A stretch of DNA of 64,000 nucleotides from assembly GCF_055900595.2 (NCBI RefSeq), contig NZ_CM148325.1; one strand, 5' to 3'. The position numbers and the translations under genes were made by a program. Of this stretch, positions 1-10,432 are shown piece after piece. Each line of letters starts with the position of its first letter. Position 1 is the stretch's first letter. A model generated the notes under the pieces. That model ran no database searches. It worked only from the letters and a program-made list of their open reading frames with translations, and was not told where the DNA came from.

Positions 1-145
1 CTTCCTGGTATGCGGATTCTTTCGGGAGATAGTAATTGGCATCCGCCCATTCAACGGCGGTCTGTGGCTCCGGCCTGAACAGTGAGCGAAGCCCGGCGCG
101 GACAAAATGCCGCAGCCTGTTAACCTGACTGTTCGATATATTCAC
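1..145 (-). CDS. Terminase large subunit (lambda A-like), N-terminal part, truncated by window edge
   Basis: Reverse translation from GTG at 145 reads (M)NISNSQVNRLRHFVRAGLRSLFRPEPQTAVEWADANYYLPKESAYQE, which matches the lambda gpA N-terminus from memory; overlaps the end of Nu1 as in lambda. Confidence 0.7.
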   Translation of the reverse strand, partial: MNISNSQVNRLRHFVRAGLRSLFRPEPQTAVEWADANYYLPKESAYQE

Positions 146-665
146 TCAGCAACCCCGGTATCAGTTCATCCAGCGCGGCTGCTTTGTTCATGGCTTTGAT
201 GATATCCCGTTTCAGGAAATCAACATGTCGGTTTTCCAGTTCCGGAAAACGCCGCTGCACCGACAGGGGGATCCCGTCGAGAATACTGGCAATTTCACCT
301 GCGATCCGCGACAGCACGAAAGTACAGAATGCGGTTTCCACCACTTCAGCGGAGTCTCTGGCATTTTTCAGCTCCTGTGCGTCGGCCTGTGCACGCGTAA
401 GTCGGTGGCGTTCGTACTCAATAGTCCCTGGCTGGAGATCTGTCTCGCTGGCCTGCCGCAGTTCTTCAACTTCCCGGCGCAGCTTTTCGTTCTCAATTTC
501 AGCATCCCTTTCGGCATACCATTTTATAACGGCGGCAGAGTCATAAAGCACCTCATTACCCTTGCCACCGCCTCGCAGAACGGGCATTCCCTGTTCCTGC
601 CAGTTCTGAATGGTACGGATACTCGCACCGAAAATGTCAGCCAGCTGCTTTTTGTTGACTTCCAT
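120..665 (-). CDS. nohD: Terminase small subunit (Nu1-like)
   Basis: 181-aa ORF MEVNKKQLADIFGASIRTIQNWQEQGMPVLRGGGKGNEVLYD..., recognised as lambda Nu1 / DLP12 NohD. Confidence 0.9.
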   Translation of the reverse strand: MEVNKKQLADIFGASIRTIQNWQEQGMPVLRGGGKGNEVLYDSAAVIKWYAERDAEIENEKLRREVEELRQASETDLQPGTIEYERHRLTRAQADAQELKNARDSAEVVETAFCTFVLSRIAGEIASILDGIPLSVQRRFPELENRHVDFLKRDIIKAMNKAAALDELIPGLLSEYIEQSG

Positions 666-679
666 TGTTCATTCCACGG

Positions 680-900
680 CCAAAAACAGAGAAAGGAAAC
701 GACAGAGGCCCAAAAGTTCGTTTTCAGCACCTGTCGCTTCCTTTCTTTTCAGGGGGTATTTTAAATAAAAACATTAAGTTACGACGAAGAAGAACGGAAA
801 CGCCTTAAACCGGAAAATTTTCATAAATAGCGAAAACCCGCGAGGTCGCCGCCCCGTAACCTGTCGGATCGCCGGAAAGGACCCGCAAAATGATAATAAT
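680..900. other. cos region (cosN cohesive-end site at about 843..854, flanked by cosB/cosQ-like sequence)
   Basis: AGGTCGCCGCCC at 843..854 is the reverse complement of the lambda 12-nt cohesive end GGGCGGCGACCT, directly upstream of Nu1 on the minus strand. Confidence 0.6.
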
Positions 901-1053
901 TATCATCTACATGTCACAACGTGCATCTACGCCATCAAACCACGTCAAATAATCAATTATGACGCAGGTATCGTATTAATTGATCTGCATCAACTTAACG
1001 TAAAAACAACTTCAGACAATACAAATCAGCGACACTGAATACGGGGCAACCTC

Positions 1054-1248
1054 ATGTCAACTAAGAACAGAACCCGCAGAACAACAACCCGCAACATCCG
1101 CTTTCCTAACCAAATGATTGAACAAATTAACATCGCTCTTGAGCAAAAAGGGTCTGGGAATTTCTCAGCCTGGGTCATTGAAGCCTGCCGTCGGAGACTA
1201 ACGTCAGAAAAGAGAGCATATACATCAATCCAGAGTGATGATGAATAA
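1054..1248 (+). CDS. ylcI: Small prophage protein at the lambda right end (YlcI-like)
   Basis: 64-aa ORF MSTKNRTRRTTTRNIRFPNQMIEQINIALEQKGSGNF...; position between cos and bor as in lambda/DLP12. Confidence 0.55.
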   Translation: MSTKNRTRRTTTRNIRFPNQMIEQINIALEQKGSGNFSAWVIEACRRRLTSEKRAYTSIQSDDE

Positions 1249-1607
1249 ACATCCCGGTTTCTTCCACCATCGCACCGGAAAAGCGACTATGAGGGTAACC
1301 CTGCGTCTGTCAGCACAGTAAAACCCGGTGTGCATCGTTTTTGATTATTCCCGCACACTCACGCAGAAGGAATTCCCCGTCGGGCTACGGTCATGGTTAA
1401 TGCGGGAATACGGCGACGATACAGCGCAGCTAAAAGGGTAATGGACAGAAAGAGCGGTTTATTTCATTCCACAGGATTCTGAGTGCCCCCCTCCTCCAAT
1501 AGGCTGAGCATCCACCTATATAGTTTTAATTTTCATCAATCCATTTAACTATCGTTTAATTGTTGTCACATAGGATTCTGCCGTTTTTAACAATGCAGGA
1601 TAATAAG

Positions 1608-1901
1608 ATGAAAAAAATGTTGTTTTCTGCCGCTCTGGCAATGCTTATTACAGGATGTGCTCAACAGACGTTTACTGTTGGAAACAAACCGACAGCAGTA
1701 ACACCAAAGGAAACCATCACCCATCACTTCTTCGTTTCGGGAATTGGACAGGAGAAAACTGTTGATGCAGCCAAAATTTGTGGCGGCGCAGAAAATGTTG
1801 TTAAAACAGAAACCCAGCAAACATTCGTAAATGGATTGCTCGGTTTTATTACTTTAGGCATTTATACTCCGCTGGAAGCGCGTGTGTATTGCTCACAATA
1901 A
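1608..1901 (+). CDS. borD: Bor lipoprotein (serum-resistance family)
   Basis: MKKMLFSAALAMLITGC... signal peptide with lipobox Cys; matches Bor. Start taken at the internal ATG 1608 of the track ORF 1560..1901. Confidence 0.9.
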   Translation: MKKMLFSAALAMLITGCAQQTFTVGNKPTAVTPKETITHHFFVSGIGQEKTVDAAKICGGAENVVKTETQQTFVNGLLGFITLGIYTPLEARVYCSQ

Positions 1902-1932
1902 TTGCATGAGTTGCCCATCGATATGGGCAGCT

Positions 1933-2394
1933 CTATCTGCACTGCTCATTAATATACTTCTGGGTTCCTTCCAGTTGTTTTTGCATAGTGATCAGCCTCT
2001 CTCTGAGGGTGAAATAATCCCGTTCAGCGGTGTCTGCCAGTCGGGGGGAGGCTGCATTATCCACGCCGGAGGCGGTGGTGGCTTCACGCACTGACTGACA
2101 GACTGCTTTGATGTGCAACCGACGACGACCAGCGGCAACATCATCACGCAGAGCATCATTTTCAGCTTTCGCATTAGCTAACTCCTTCGTGTATTTTTCA
2201 TCCAGTGCAGCAACATCACGCTGGCGCATCTGCATGTCAGTAATTGCCGCGTTCGCCAGCTTCAGTTCTCTGGCATTTTTGTCGCGCTGGGCTTTGTAGG
2301 TAATGGCGTTATCACGGTAATGATTAACAGCCCATGACAGGCAGACGATGATGCAGATAACCAGAGCGGAGATAATCGCGGTTACTCTGTTCAT
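1933..2394 (-). CDS. rzpD: Rz spanin (i-spanin)
   Basis: [65 protein letters not shown]..., lambda Rz-like; 4-bp overlap with the lysozyme stop. Confidence 0.85.
   Translation of the reverse strand: MNRVTAIISALVICIIVCLSWAVNHYRDNAITYKAQRDKNARELKLANAAITDMQMRQRDVAALDEKYTKELANAKAENDALRDDVAAGRRRLHIKAVCQSVREATTASGVDNAASPRLADTAERDYFTLRERLITMQKQLEGTQKYINEQCR
1992..2174 (-). CDS. rzoD: Rz1 spanin (o-spanin lipoprotein), embedded in Rz in the +1 frame
   Basis: 60-aa [27 protein letters not shown]...[21 protein letters not shown], proline-rich lipoprotein wholly inside Rz. Confidence 0.8.
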   Translation of the reverse strand: MRKLKMMLCVMMLPLVVVGCTSKQSVSQCVKPPPPPAWIMQPPPDWQTPLNGIISPSERG

Positions 2395-2888
2395 TGCTGA
2401 CCCCACAAACAGATTTCACGCTCAATCTCACGACGAGTCATGAGACCTTTCCATTGCTTACCGCCAGCATATGTCCAGCGACGTAGCTGATCACATGCGC
2501 CTTTGATATCGCCCTGGTTTATTTTGCGAAGAAGCGTCGATGTTCTGAAATTGCCAGCGCCCACGTTGTAAACGAACGAGTAAAGAGCGCCGCGCGTTGT
2601 TTCCGGTATATCAACTTTTATGTACGGGTTAATTTGTCTGGCGACCGTGGCAAGGTCTTTATTCAGGAGGGCTTTGCATTCTGCTTTGGTATACGTTTTA
2701 CCGAGCATGATGTCTTTTCCTGTATGCCCGTGACATACAGTCCATACACCAACAATATCTTTGTATGGTATGTAGCTGACACCTTCCAGACCATCGTTAC
2801 CACTTGGGCCAGTGATTAACACTGATGCTATAGCAATTGCTCCGCCACCAATAGCAGCAGCAACGGCTTTTCGTAATGATGGAGGCAT
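2391..2888 (-). CDS. rrrD: Phage endolysin (lysozyme)
   Basis: 165-aa ORF with ...[25 protein letters not shown]...[12 protein letters not shown]..., recognised as DLP12 RrrD-type lysozyme. Confidence 0.9.
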   Translation of the reverse strand: MPPSLRKAVAAAIGGGAIAIASVLITGPSGNDGLEGVSYIPYKDIVGVWTVCHGHTGKDIMLGKTYTKAECKALLNKDLATVARQINPYIKVDIPETTRGALYSFVYNVGAGNFRTSTLLRKINQGDIKGACDQLRRWTYAGGKQWKGLMTRREIEREICLWGQQ

Positions 2889-3103
2889 TATTCACCTCTC
2901 GCAGCCTTGCGCTTATCTTCTTTAATCTTGAAATAAAGGTTTGTCAGGTACGTCAGCAGGCCAAATACCAGGCTACCCAGCACACCTATTGCTGCCCACT
3001 GTGAGGGCGTGACTTTATCGAGCAGCTGTAAAAACCAGTAACCGGCACTACCTGCTGAGGTGCCATAGGCGACACCCGTTGTTAACTTATCCATGGATTT
3101 CAT
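2888..3103 (-). CDS. essD: Holin
   Basis: [71 protein letters not shown]; small membrane protein directly upstream of the lysozyme. Confidence 0.8.
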
Positions 3104-3813
3104 AACCCCACCTCGCAGACAAAGCGGGTGTAAATTGAGGGAATACAACGTATCGCAAAAAAGCAGAAACGTAACAGACTCGGAGTCAGTGAATAACTCA
3201 GGTATTGAGTTATCAGCTAATATCGAGACTCAAAAAATGGAAAAACCAGCTCGACGGCGGGTTTAAGCTGTGTGACGAAGTAACCACTCTTAACAGCATA
3301 ACCAATTTTTTACGTACGTAAACCACTGAATGATATTTATGAGAATGCTACCGAGTGTTCAAAACACCACCACAAATATATAAGAAAACCTCAACAAATA
3401 ACCAATAAATAATTTCCGGCGTTATTTTTAGTTGATTTGAATTAAACCACCGAATTATAGAACCCCCATAAATAACAGCCATTAATATAAATTAGCTAAT
3501 AGGTTTATTTTTGTTCAAATAAGAGCCATAAATAGGTTTCGATAGAAAAAGTTCAGATAAAAATAGAGATCTACTTCACAAATTAAATGAGAAACTAAAA
3601 CTTACATCTTGAAATAATCACATTGATTAGATGAATATTTATCGCGCAGTGACATCATTTTTTAATAATAGTTCAAAAAAAAGGGCTCACGATGAAAAAA
3701 TTAACAGTGGCAATTTCTGCTGTAGCTGCATCAGTACTGATGGCGATGTCTGCTCAGGCAGCTGAAATTTATAATAAAGACAGTAACAAGCTGGATCTGT
3801 ACGGGAAAGTTAA

Positions 3814-3822
3814 TGCCAAGCA
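3814..3822. repeat. Left copy of the 9-bp IS10 target-site duplication (TGCCAAGCA)
   Basis: Identical 9-mer abuts both IS10 termini. Confidence 0.8.
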
Positions 3823-5151
3823 CTGATGAATCCCCTAATGATTTTGGTAAAAATCATTAAGTTAAGGTGGATACACATCTTGTCATATGATCAAATGGTT
3901 TCGCCAAAAATCAATAATCAGACAACAAAATGTGCGAACTCGATATTTTACACGACTCTCTTTACCAATTCTGCCCCGAATTACACTTAAAACGACTCAA
4001 CAGCTTAACGTTGGCTTGCCACGCCTTACTTGACTGTAAAACTCTCACTCTTACCGAACTTGGCCGTAACCTGCCAACCAAAGCGAGAACAAAACATAAC
4101 ATCAAACGAATCGACCGATTGTTAGGTAATCGTCACCTCCACAAAGAGCGACTCGCTGTATACCGTTGGCATGCTAGCTTTATCTGTTCGGGCAATACGA
4201 TGCCCATTGTACTTGTTGACTGGTCTGATATCCGTGAGCAAAAACGGCTTATGGTATTGCGAGCTTCAGTCGCACTACACGGTCGTTCTGTTACTCTTTA
4301 TGAGAAAGCGTTCCCGCTTTCAGAGCAATGTTCAAAGAAAGCTCATGACCAATTTCTAGCCGACCTTGCGAGCATTCTACCGAGTAACACCACACCGCTC
4401 ATTGTCAGTGATGCTGGCTTTAAAGTGCCATGGTATAAATCCGTTGAGAAGCTGGGTTGGTACTGGTTAAGTCGAGTAAGAGGAAAAGTACAATATGCAG
4501 ACCTAGGAGCGGAAAACTGGAAACCTATCAGCAACTTACATGATATGTCATCTAGTCACTCAAAGACTTTAGGCTATAAGAGGCTGACTAAAAGCAATCC
4601 AATCTCATGCCAAATTCTATTGTATAAATCTCGCTCTAAAGGCCGAAAAAATCAGCGCTCGACACGGACTCATTGTCACCACCCGTCACCTAAAATCTAC
4701 TCAGCGTCGGCAAAGGAGCCATGGATTCTAGCAACTAACTTACCTGTTGAAATTCGAACACCCAAACAACTTGTTAATATCTATTCGAAGCGAATGCAGA
4801 TTGAAGAAACCTTCCGAGACTTGAAAAGTCCTGCCTACGGACTAGGCCTACGCCATAGCCGAACGAGCAGCTCAGAGCGTTTTGATATCATGCTGCTAAT
4901 CGCCCTGATGCTTCAACTAACATGTTGGCTTGCGGGCGTTCATGCTCAGAAACAAGGTTGGGACAAGCACTTCCAGGCTAACACAGTCAGAAATCGAAAC
5001 GTACTCTCAACAGTTCGCTTAGGCATGGAAGTTTTGCGGCATTCTGGCTACACAATAACAAGGGAAGACTCACTCGTGGCTGCAACCCTGCTTACTCAAA
5101 ATCTATTCACACATGGTTACGTTTTGGGGAAATTATGAGGGGATCTCTCAG
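3823..5151 (+). mobile_element. IS10 insertion sequence (1329 bp)
   Basis: Begins CTGATGAATCCCCTAATGATTTTGGTAAAAATCATTAAG and ends ...ATTATGAGGGGATCTCTCAG (IS10 outside/inside ends from memory); length 1329 bp; encodes the transposase. Confidence 0.9.
3930..5138 (+). CDS. IS10 transposase
   Basis: 402-aa [70 protein letters not shown]..., recognised as Tn10/IS10 transposase. Confidence 0.9.
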   Translation: MCELDILHDSLYQFCPELHLKRLNSLTLACHALLDCKTLTLTELGRNLPTKARTKHNIKRIDRLLGNRHLHKERLAVYRWHASFICSGNTMPIVLVDWSDIREQKRLMVLRASVALHGRSVTLYEKAFPLSEQCSKKAHDQFLADLASILPSNTTPLIVSDAGFKVPWYKSVEKLGWYWLSRVRGKVQYADLGAENWKPISNLHDMSSSHSKTLGYKRLTKSNPISCQILLYKSRSKGRKNQRSTRTHCHHPSPKIYSASAKEPWILATNLPVEIRTPKQLVNIYSKRMQIEETFRDLKSPAYGLGLRHSRTSSSERFDIMLLIALMLQLTCWLAGVHAQKQGWDKHFQANTVRNRNVLSTVRLGMEVLRHSGYTITREDSLVAATLLTQNLFTHGYVLGKL

Positions 5152-5160
5152 TGCCAAGCA
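5152..5160. repeat. Right copy of the 9-bp IS10 target-site duplication (TGCCAAGCA)
   Basis: Same 9-mer as 3814..3822; removing IS10 plus one copy restores ...VNAKHYFSS... in frame. Confidence 0.8.
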
Positions 5161-6250
5161 CTACTTTTCCTCTAACGATGCAGATGATGGTGATACTACT
5201 TATGCCCGTCTTGGCTTCAAAGGTGAAACCCAAATCAACGATCAACTGACTGGTTTCGGTCAGTGGGAATATGAATTCAAAGGCAACCGCGCTGAATCTC
5301 AAGGTTCCTCCAAAGACAAAACCCGTCTTGCATTTGCAGGCCTGAAATTCGGTGACTACGGCTCAATCGATTACGGCCGTAACTACGGTGTAGCATACGA
5401 CATCGGTGCGTGGACTGACGTCCTGCCAGAATTCGGTGGTGATACCTGGACCCAAACAGATGTGTTCATGACTGGTCGCACTACTGGTGTTGCAACTTAT
5501 CGTAACAACGACTTCTTTGGTCTGGTCGATGGCCTGAACTTTGCTGCTCAGTATCAGGGTAAAAATGACCGCACTGACGTAACTGAAGCCAATGGTGATG
5601 GTTTCGGTTTCTCCACTACTTATGAGTATGAAGGATTCGGCGTGGGTGCAACCTATGCTAAATCAGATCGCACTGACGGTCAGGTCGCCTATGGTAAGAG
5701 CAAATTCAATGCCTCCGGCAAAAATGCGGAAGTATGGGCTGCAGGCCTGAAATATGATGCGAACAATATCTATCTGGCTACCACATATTCTGAAACTCAG
5801 AATATGACCGTTTTTGGTAATAACCATATTGCAAACAAAGCACAAAACTTTGAAGCAGTAGCACAATATCAGTTTGACTTCGGTCTGCGCCCATCTGTTG
5901 CTTACCTTCAGTCAAAAGGTAAAGACCTTGGTGTTCATGGTGACCGAGACTTAGTCAAGTATGTCGATGTCGGTGCTACTTACTACTTTAATAAAAACAT
6001 GTCCACTTTTGTTGATTACAAAATCAACTTAATTGACGATAGTAAGTTTACCAAAACAGCTGGTATTGATACTGATGACATCGTTGCTGTAGGTCTGGTT
6101 TACCAGTTCTAATCTGATTACGAAAAAGATATGTTGCGGGAGGCGTTGCCTCCCCAACATATAAGTGGCTCCCTCAAGCCACTTCCTTTAGAAGCACAAC
6201 CTTGCTTCTAACTATATAAACCTTCTGTTATATATTACCCTTTATTTTTG

Positions 6251-6275
6251 GGGGCGTCTCAACGCCCCATTTTTA
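6251..6275 (+). terminator. Rho-independent terminator downstream of nmpC
   Basis: GGGGCG-TCTCAA-CGCCCC hairpin followed by ATTTTTAATAATTTTT. Confidence 0.55.
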
Positions 6276-6301
6276 ATAATTTTTAGTAAACAATTGGCAT
6301 A

Positions 6302-6700
6302 TTAATTAGAGTTATTAACAACGATATCCATCTCTAACCGGATATCTAATGCCATTAACATCCCTTCAATTATGCCCTCAGCCTTTTGTAACCTTTTCCC
6401 GATATAACCATCAGAGCAGCAATGCTTACCTGCCAGTGACATGAATGTCATACCGACTACATAATAATCTACTAATAAATCGTGCAAATCGCTGTTGTTC
6501 TTTTTCAGACGGGCCATGCACCCGCAAATGATCATCGCGTCATCGTCACAACATTGCGGGCGAGATTTTACTTTTGAAGGAATTAATCCCTTAAAACCGG
6601 CGGCAATGGACGACCAGGTCACATCTTCATGATTATTAGCCGCCCACGCTCCCCAACGCTCAAGAACCATCTGAATATCACGCATCAACTTACTCCACAA
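6302..6700 (-). CDS. quuD: Late-gene antiterminator Q-like protein
   Basis: 132-aa ORF ...[18 protein letters not shown]...[36 protein letters not shown]...; Q position upstream of the lysis cassette; recognised as DLP12 QuuD. Confidence 0.75.
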   Translation of the reverse strand: MWSKLMRDIQMVLERWGAWAANNHEDVTWSSIAAGFKGLIPSKVKSRPQCCDDDAMIICGCMARLKKNNSDLHDLLVDYYVVGMTFMSLAGKHCCSDGYIGKRLQKAEGIIEGMLMALDIRLEMDIVVNNSN

Positions 6701-6767
6701 AACTCAGACCAGAACGCCAATTACAAGCAAAAATCAACAAAACAGTATTAGTTGATTGTTATCTCTG

Positions 6768-6908
6768 ACTTCATACTCCTGCTCCTGTCAGTGTTTTGGC
6801 GTAATTCTTCAGTATTCGGTAATCGGTCAAAACAGAGCCGGGGAAACGATATAAGCGCAGACGCCCCCAGCGGTGGCGAAGAAGTTCTGCCATATTAAAC
6901 TCAAACAT
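6768..6908 (-). CDS. ylcG: Small prophage protein (YlcG-like), 46 aa
   Basis: Manual translation [45 protein letters not shown]; start overlaps the rusA stop. Confidence 0.4.
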
Positions 6909-7270
6909 CATTCATTCCCCATTTCGGTGATGGTCAGTTCCAGCCTCCCACCTTTGGTAACAGGCATCTTCACAACGCGGTAATCAACGACCTGAGCATC
7001 ATCCAGCCAGAAACCTGCTTTAGTGAGTGCGTCAAAAGCGGCTTTTTGCAGATTATCCAGGTCACGGCGACGGCGATCCGGCATGTGGCACTCAATGCGG
7101 ATTTTCACAGGCATAGCCAGGCCGATATCCAGCATTGCGTTTTTAATGATTCGGGCGACGTTATCGCGGTATGCCTGCCCCTCTGCGCTGACGTGCGTGC
7201 GCCCGCGATTATGGCGGTAATAGCGATTATTGCTCGGAGGCCAGGGTAGTGTGATGTGGTAAGTATTCAC
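6908..7270 (-). CDS. rusA: Holliday-junction resolvase RusA
   Basis: 120-aa [54 protein letters not shown]..., recognised as RusA. Confidence 0.9.
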   Translation of the reverse strand: MNTYHITLPWPPSNNRYYRHNRGRTHVSAEGQAYRDNVARIIKNAMLDIGLAMPVKIRIECHMPDRRRRDLDNLQKAAFDALTKAGFWLDDAQVVDYRVVKMPVTKGGRLELTITEMGNE

Positions 7271-7559
7271 GCCTTAATTACCCTCTCTTTCAGCCAGATA
7301 ACCTGCGTTCTCGCCATACCTTCCAGCGCGCATTCTTTTGCATATCCAGCGTCAACAAAATGCGTGCGGCGGTCGATTTCGTCGTGGCAGGCAGAACATG
7401 CAATGGTGGCAATCAGGTCTGGCGGTTTGATACCGGTACCGCACAATCCAGCCAGCCGGATATGTGCCAGTACAGACGTCTCAGAATTGCCATTACATAC
7501 GCCAGGGATTCTTACCTGGCATTCCCGACCACGCGCTGCTTTTCTCAAATCAGCCATGA
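7267..7559 (-). CDS. ybcO: Nin-region protein YbcO (Cys-rich, putative nuclease)
   Basis: [62 protein letters not shown]...; start at the internal ATG of the track ORF. Confidence 0.8.
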
Positions 7560-7720
7560 TTCCTCCTTGCTGCCAGTCGCAACCATTTTTTATCAACCAG
7601 GCTAGCGGTATATCCGAGCAGTGTTGGTATTTCGGATGGCTTCAGCTCAGGCTTACGCTTACGACGATTTGATACTCTGTAGATGTGTCCGTTCATGACA
7701 CGAATAAGCGGTGTAGCCAT
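7547..7720 (-). CDS. ninE: NinE-like small protein
   Basis: Manual translation [56 protein letters not shown]; start overlaps the ybcN stop, stop overlaps the ybcO start. Confidence 0.55.
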
Positions 7721-8175
7721 TACGCCTCCTGCTTGTCGCGGAGCAGCTGGAACTCGCAGCTCTGCGGAATAGTCAGGTGGCAGCCAATATTCATCGCCCA
7801 GGCTTCAACCTTACACAGGAAGACATACATCTCTCCGGTATCAAGATTGGAGGTATGGCGTAACGACTGGATAGTGGTGATATCACCGGTTACGACATCA
7901 ACCAGGTCTTTGGTTTCATAACCGAGATATGTGTGTTTGAGAGCATCTTTTACCCAAGCTGGAGTGGCGAACGTTTTACCCCTGCTGATGAGGTATTCAC
8001 TGATTTCGCTGTACCACATGTGGCTGAGTGCATTCTGGGAAAGACTGCGTTTCTCACGCCACGGTTTAAGCACCAGGCGAAAGCATTTGCCCTCCTCCAG
8101 ATAAGGCTGGATCTGCCGACCGATAGCGGTGAAGTTGCCGCGATGTAATTTGATGCCGTCTTGTGAGAGGTTCAC
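7720..8175 (-). CDS. ybcN: NinB-family recombination protein
   Basis: 151-aa ORF (GTG start) [55 protein letters not shown]..., recognised as DLP12 YbcN. Confidence 0.85.
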   Translation of the reverse strand: MNLSQDGIKLHRGNFTAIGRQIQPYLEEGKCFRLVLKPWREKRSLSQNALSHMWYSEISEYLISRGKTFATPAWVKDALKHTYLGYETKDLVDVVTGDITTIQSLRHTSNLDTGEMYVFLCKVEAWAMNIGCHLTIPQSCEFQLLRDKQEA

Positions 8176-8208
8176 GCTTCCCCTCCGCAGAGGTCAAACG
8201 TTGGATGC

Positions 8209-8333
8209 AAAAAAACGCAGGTGCATTTCTGCATCTGTGAAGGGAGAAGAGAGTTTGGATTGTATGTGCGCATAAACGTCCCCGTTTAGCGCAGAAGTCA
8301 CCGGAGTTGTTCAGGCTCCGATGACATGATTAT
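8209..8333. repeat. Direct repeat A (about 125 bp) flanking the accessory cassette
   Basis: AAAAAAACGCAGGTGCATTTCTGCATCTGTGAAGGGAGAAGAGAGTTTGGATTGT... aligns with 10596..10720, with about 16 substitutions and one 1-bp indel by manual alignment. Confidence 0.75.
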
Positions 8334-8359
8334 GGCGGGTTGATTATTGAAAATCAAAG

Positions 8360-9037
8360 TTAATCGTACGAGTCGAGTATGTTCTGAAACGCCCAGCCAT
8401 CCTCCTTAGGAACACAAGACAGAATCGAATGAATTAGATCCCCTGCGGAAAGAAGTAACCCTTCTTGCCCTTCAAGAAAATAACGCCATTTAGGTCCATG
8501 AAACAGATTGTTCCGTAACCGGAAACAAACGAACAAGCACACTGCAAGCTGAGTCTCAGGCTCGGTTGTCATAGCTTGCATGGCTGAAAAACAGTCATCT
8601 CTCGCCTTTTGAGAGGTGTGGTGTAATTCCCCGCATAGGCTTTCAAACTTGCTTTTATCATTTACATAGCGTTCTGAAAAAAAATCGTATGTACACTTGA
8701 GAACCCCCAGATCCACAACCTCCATTTGCAAAAGACGATTGGCATATTTCGCACTTTTGCCTTGCCCCCCAGCGCAATTAAGAAGTAGAGACTCGAAGAA
8801 AGAGAAGTACAAAAAATAACGATTAACGGCGGTAAGGATAGATGGGGTAATCCTGCCTTCTGCATTAATCAACTCGTCAAATTCTGATGAAAAATCCAAC
8901 TGTTCATCCTTTTCCATTATATTCGGCCATTTATTGATATTGCACATCAGTCGCTCTTGGCAATGACAGGTTTGCTCTCGGTAATGTCTCAAACGCCCCA
9001 AAAAGTAGTCTCGCAAATGCTCTAGTTGCTCGCGCAT
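8360..9037 (-). CDS. Hypothetical protein with a HEPN-like Rx4H motif (possible abortive-infection RNase)
   Basis: 225-aa ORF; C-terminal region contains ...CLFVCFRLRNNLFHGPKWRYF... (R-x4-H); AT-rich; weak RBS, start codon uncertain (alternative MEKDEQLDF...). Confidence 0.45.
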   Translation of the reverse strand: MREQLEHLRDYFLGRLRHYREQTCHCQERLMCNINKWPNIMEKDEQLDFSSEFDELINAEGRITPSILTAVNRYFLYFSFFESLLLNCAGGQGKSAKYANRLLQMEVVDLGVLKCTYDFFSERYVNDKSKFESLCGELHHTSQKARDDCFSAMQAMTTEPETQLAVCLFVCFRLRNNLFHGPKWRYFLEGQEGLLLSAGDLIHSILSCVPKEDGWAFQNILDSYD

Positions 9038-9161
9038 AACAACTTCGGCGATAACCGGCTATTCGGTCGTTCTTTATACGCTACGCTTGAAGGCGCAAGG
9101 CCAACGCTTACCTTGTCACGTTCCTATTGCGGTTTTGCTGCAATGTTCCTGTCAGTCTGAC

Positions 9162-9189
9162 ATAAAAAACCCCTCAATCATCTGAGGGG
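9162..9189 (-). terminator. Rho-independent terminator after the 66-aa gene
   Basis: On the minus strand CCCCTCA-GATGAT-TGAGGGG followed by TTTTTTAT. Confidence 0.55.
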
Positions 9190-9197
9190 ATTAGACA

Positions 9198-9398
9198 TCA
9201 TTGCTTCCAATACTTTTGAACCCGGATATTCATTGGCACACAAACATTTTCATAGATAGGGCCGCTAACAGTCATGACTATATAAATACCATCAAGACCA
9301 TCAATATTAAGCGAGAGTCTATCTCCGGCTCTAACCTCACGCTCTAGTTCAATATCTTCTACTCGTCCAGTATCATCGAAAGTCACTGAATACATCAT
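9198..9398 (-). CDS. Hypothetical small protein (66 aa)
   Basis: ORF MMYSVTFDDTGRVEDIELEREVRAGDRLSLNIDGLDGIYIVMTVSGPIYENVCVPMNIRVQKYWKQ followed by its own terminator; no recognisable family. Confidence 0.35.
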   Translation of the reverse strand: MMYSVTFDDTGRVEDIELEREVRAGDRLSLNIDGLDGIYIVMTVSGPIYENVCVPMNIRVQKYWKQ

Positions 9399-9560
9399 TT
9401 CAAATTTCCATCTAAGTGCATGAGGTGTCTAACGAAAATACCATAAAGAGAATTTGATTACATTGAACTTTTTCAGTGCTTACTTGGCTTATCTGAAGCC
9501 TTAATCATTGCCGCCCAGTGCGCTACCTGCTTGCATCCATTCAGCGCCTAATATGTAAAA

Positions 9561-10169
9561 CTATTGCAATCTAGCCTGACGCAAATGTGGCAATACCCTG
9601 CTCCACTTATTATCCTGCCAAGGCTGGAATTTTACATGTGCCGTTTTTCTGGCAAGGATTTCGCGCGCCTTATGTAGTATCTGGGGATATTCTTGCTCGA
9701 TAGAAGTAAAGCGACCGGCTTCGCGGTGTTCCGCAACCTGAAGAAGTGGAGTAACGTTCTGGCAGGCGGTTAACATCGTATCACTTGCTCGCCATAACCA
9801 AGCAAGTGTGCAAAGTTCGTTATCAGTGAATTGTTTTGTGATCGGGGATTGTTGAACTTCTCGATCGAGAATATCCAGAACCCAGCGGCGGAACTCTTTG
9901 GCTACAGGAGTTCGTGCAAACATGGCGATCAAATGGGCTCCGCGAAGGCTAAATACTCGAGACTCCTGCATTCCACGAGGGGTGGTCACTTTGACCACCC
10001 TTGTCATCATATCTGTAAATTCATCTGAGTGACGAGAGTAAATGCGCTGAACTGCTTTATCGTCCGCATATTCCAGAGCTAAACCAACTTCAGTGGCAGT
10101 AAGCCAAATTCTGTTATTGTGGCAAATTGGGGTAAACGTCGTTTTGTGGAATGCTAATTGAGTAGTCAT
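9561..10169 (-). CDS. Bro-N-like / phage antirepressor-family protein
   Basis: 202-aa ORF with N-terminal ...FHKTTFTPICHNNRIWLTATEVGLALEY...RGMQESRVFSLRGAHLIAMFARTPVAKEFRRWVLDIL...; good SD (GAGGTGA) 5 nt upstream of ATG. Confidence 0.55.
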   Translation of the reverse strand: MTTQLAFHKTTFTPICHNNRIWLTATEVGLALEYADDKAVQRIYSRHSDEFTDMMTRVVKVTTPRGMQESRVFSLRGAHLIAMFARTPVAKEFRRWVLDILDREVQQSPITKQFTDNELCTLAWLWRASDTMLTACQNVTPLLQVAEHREAGRFTSIEQEYPQILHKAREILARKTAHVKFQPWQDNKWSRVLPHLRQARLQ

Positions 10170-10331
10170 AGTATCACCTCATCAGGTTAACCATCACCAC
10201 CAACGACGCCAATCGACTGGTGGTGAACTGTGCAAGGTTGGCGTAACCGGCTACTCAAACCCGGCGCTCCCGAAGAAGCCCTCACACAGCCCACCATAAT
10301 TTGGGCGTAGCCGTGCTTAGCGCATAAAAAA

Positions 10332-10346
10332 ACCGCTTAACGCGGT
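10332..10346 (-). terminator. Possible rho-independent terminator upstream of the Bro-N-like gene
   Basis: Minus strand ACCGC-GTTAA-GCGGT followed by TTTTTTTAT; short stem. Confidence 0.35.
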
Positions 10347-10432
10347 ATGCGTTGAGTAGTATTCCGGGACGCCAATCCCGTGTGCCGATTTTGCGGCAAC
10401 GCACAGAATATAGCGCCGGATAAATAATGTCG

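Larger units (their letters stand above)
3692..6112 (+). pseudogene. nmpC: Outer-membrane porin NmpC, disrupted by an IS10 insertion after codon ~44
   Basis: 5' part 3692..3822 encodes MKKLTVAISAVAASVLMAMSAQAAEIYNKDSNKLDLYGKVNAKH; 3' part 5161..6112 continues [22 protein letters not shown]...VGLVYQF with an intact porin C-terminus. Confidence 0.85.

Noticed and set aside
8662-8865. 67-aa ORF nested in another frame within the HEPN-motif gene
   Set aside because: Same-strand alternate-frame ORF fully inside a longer ORF, with no independent start signals.
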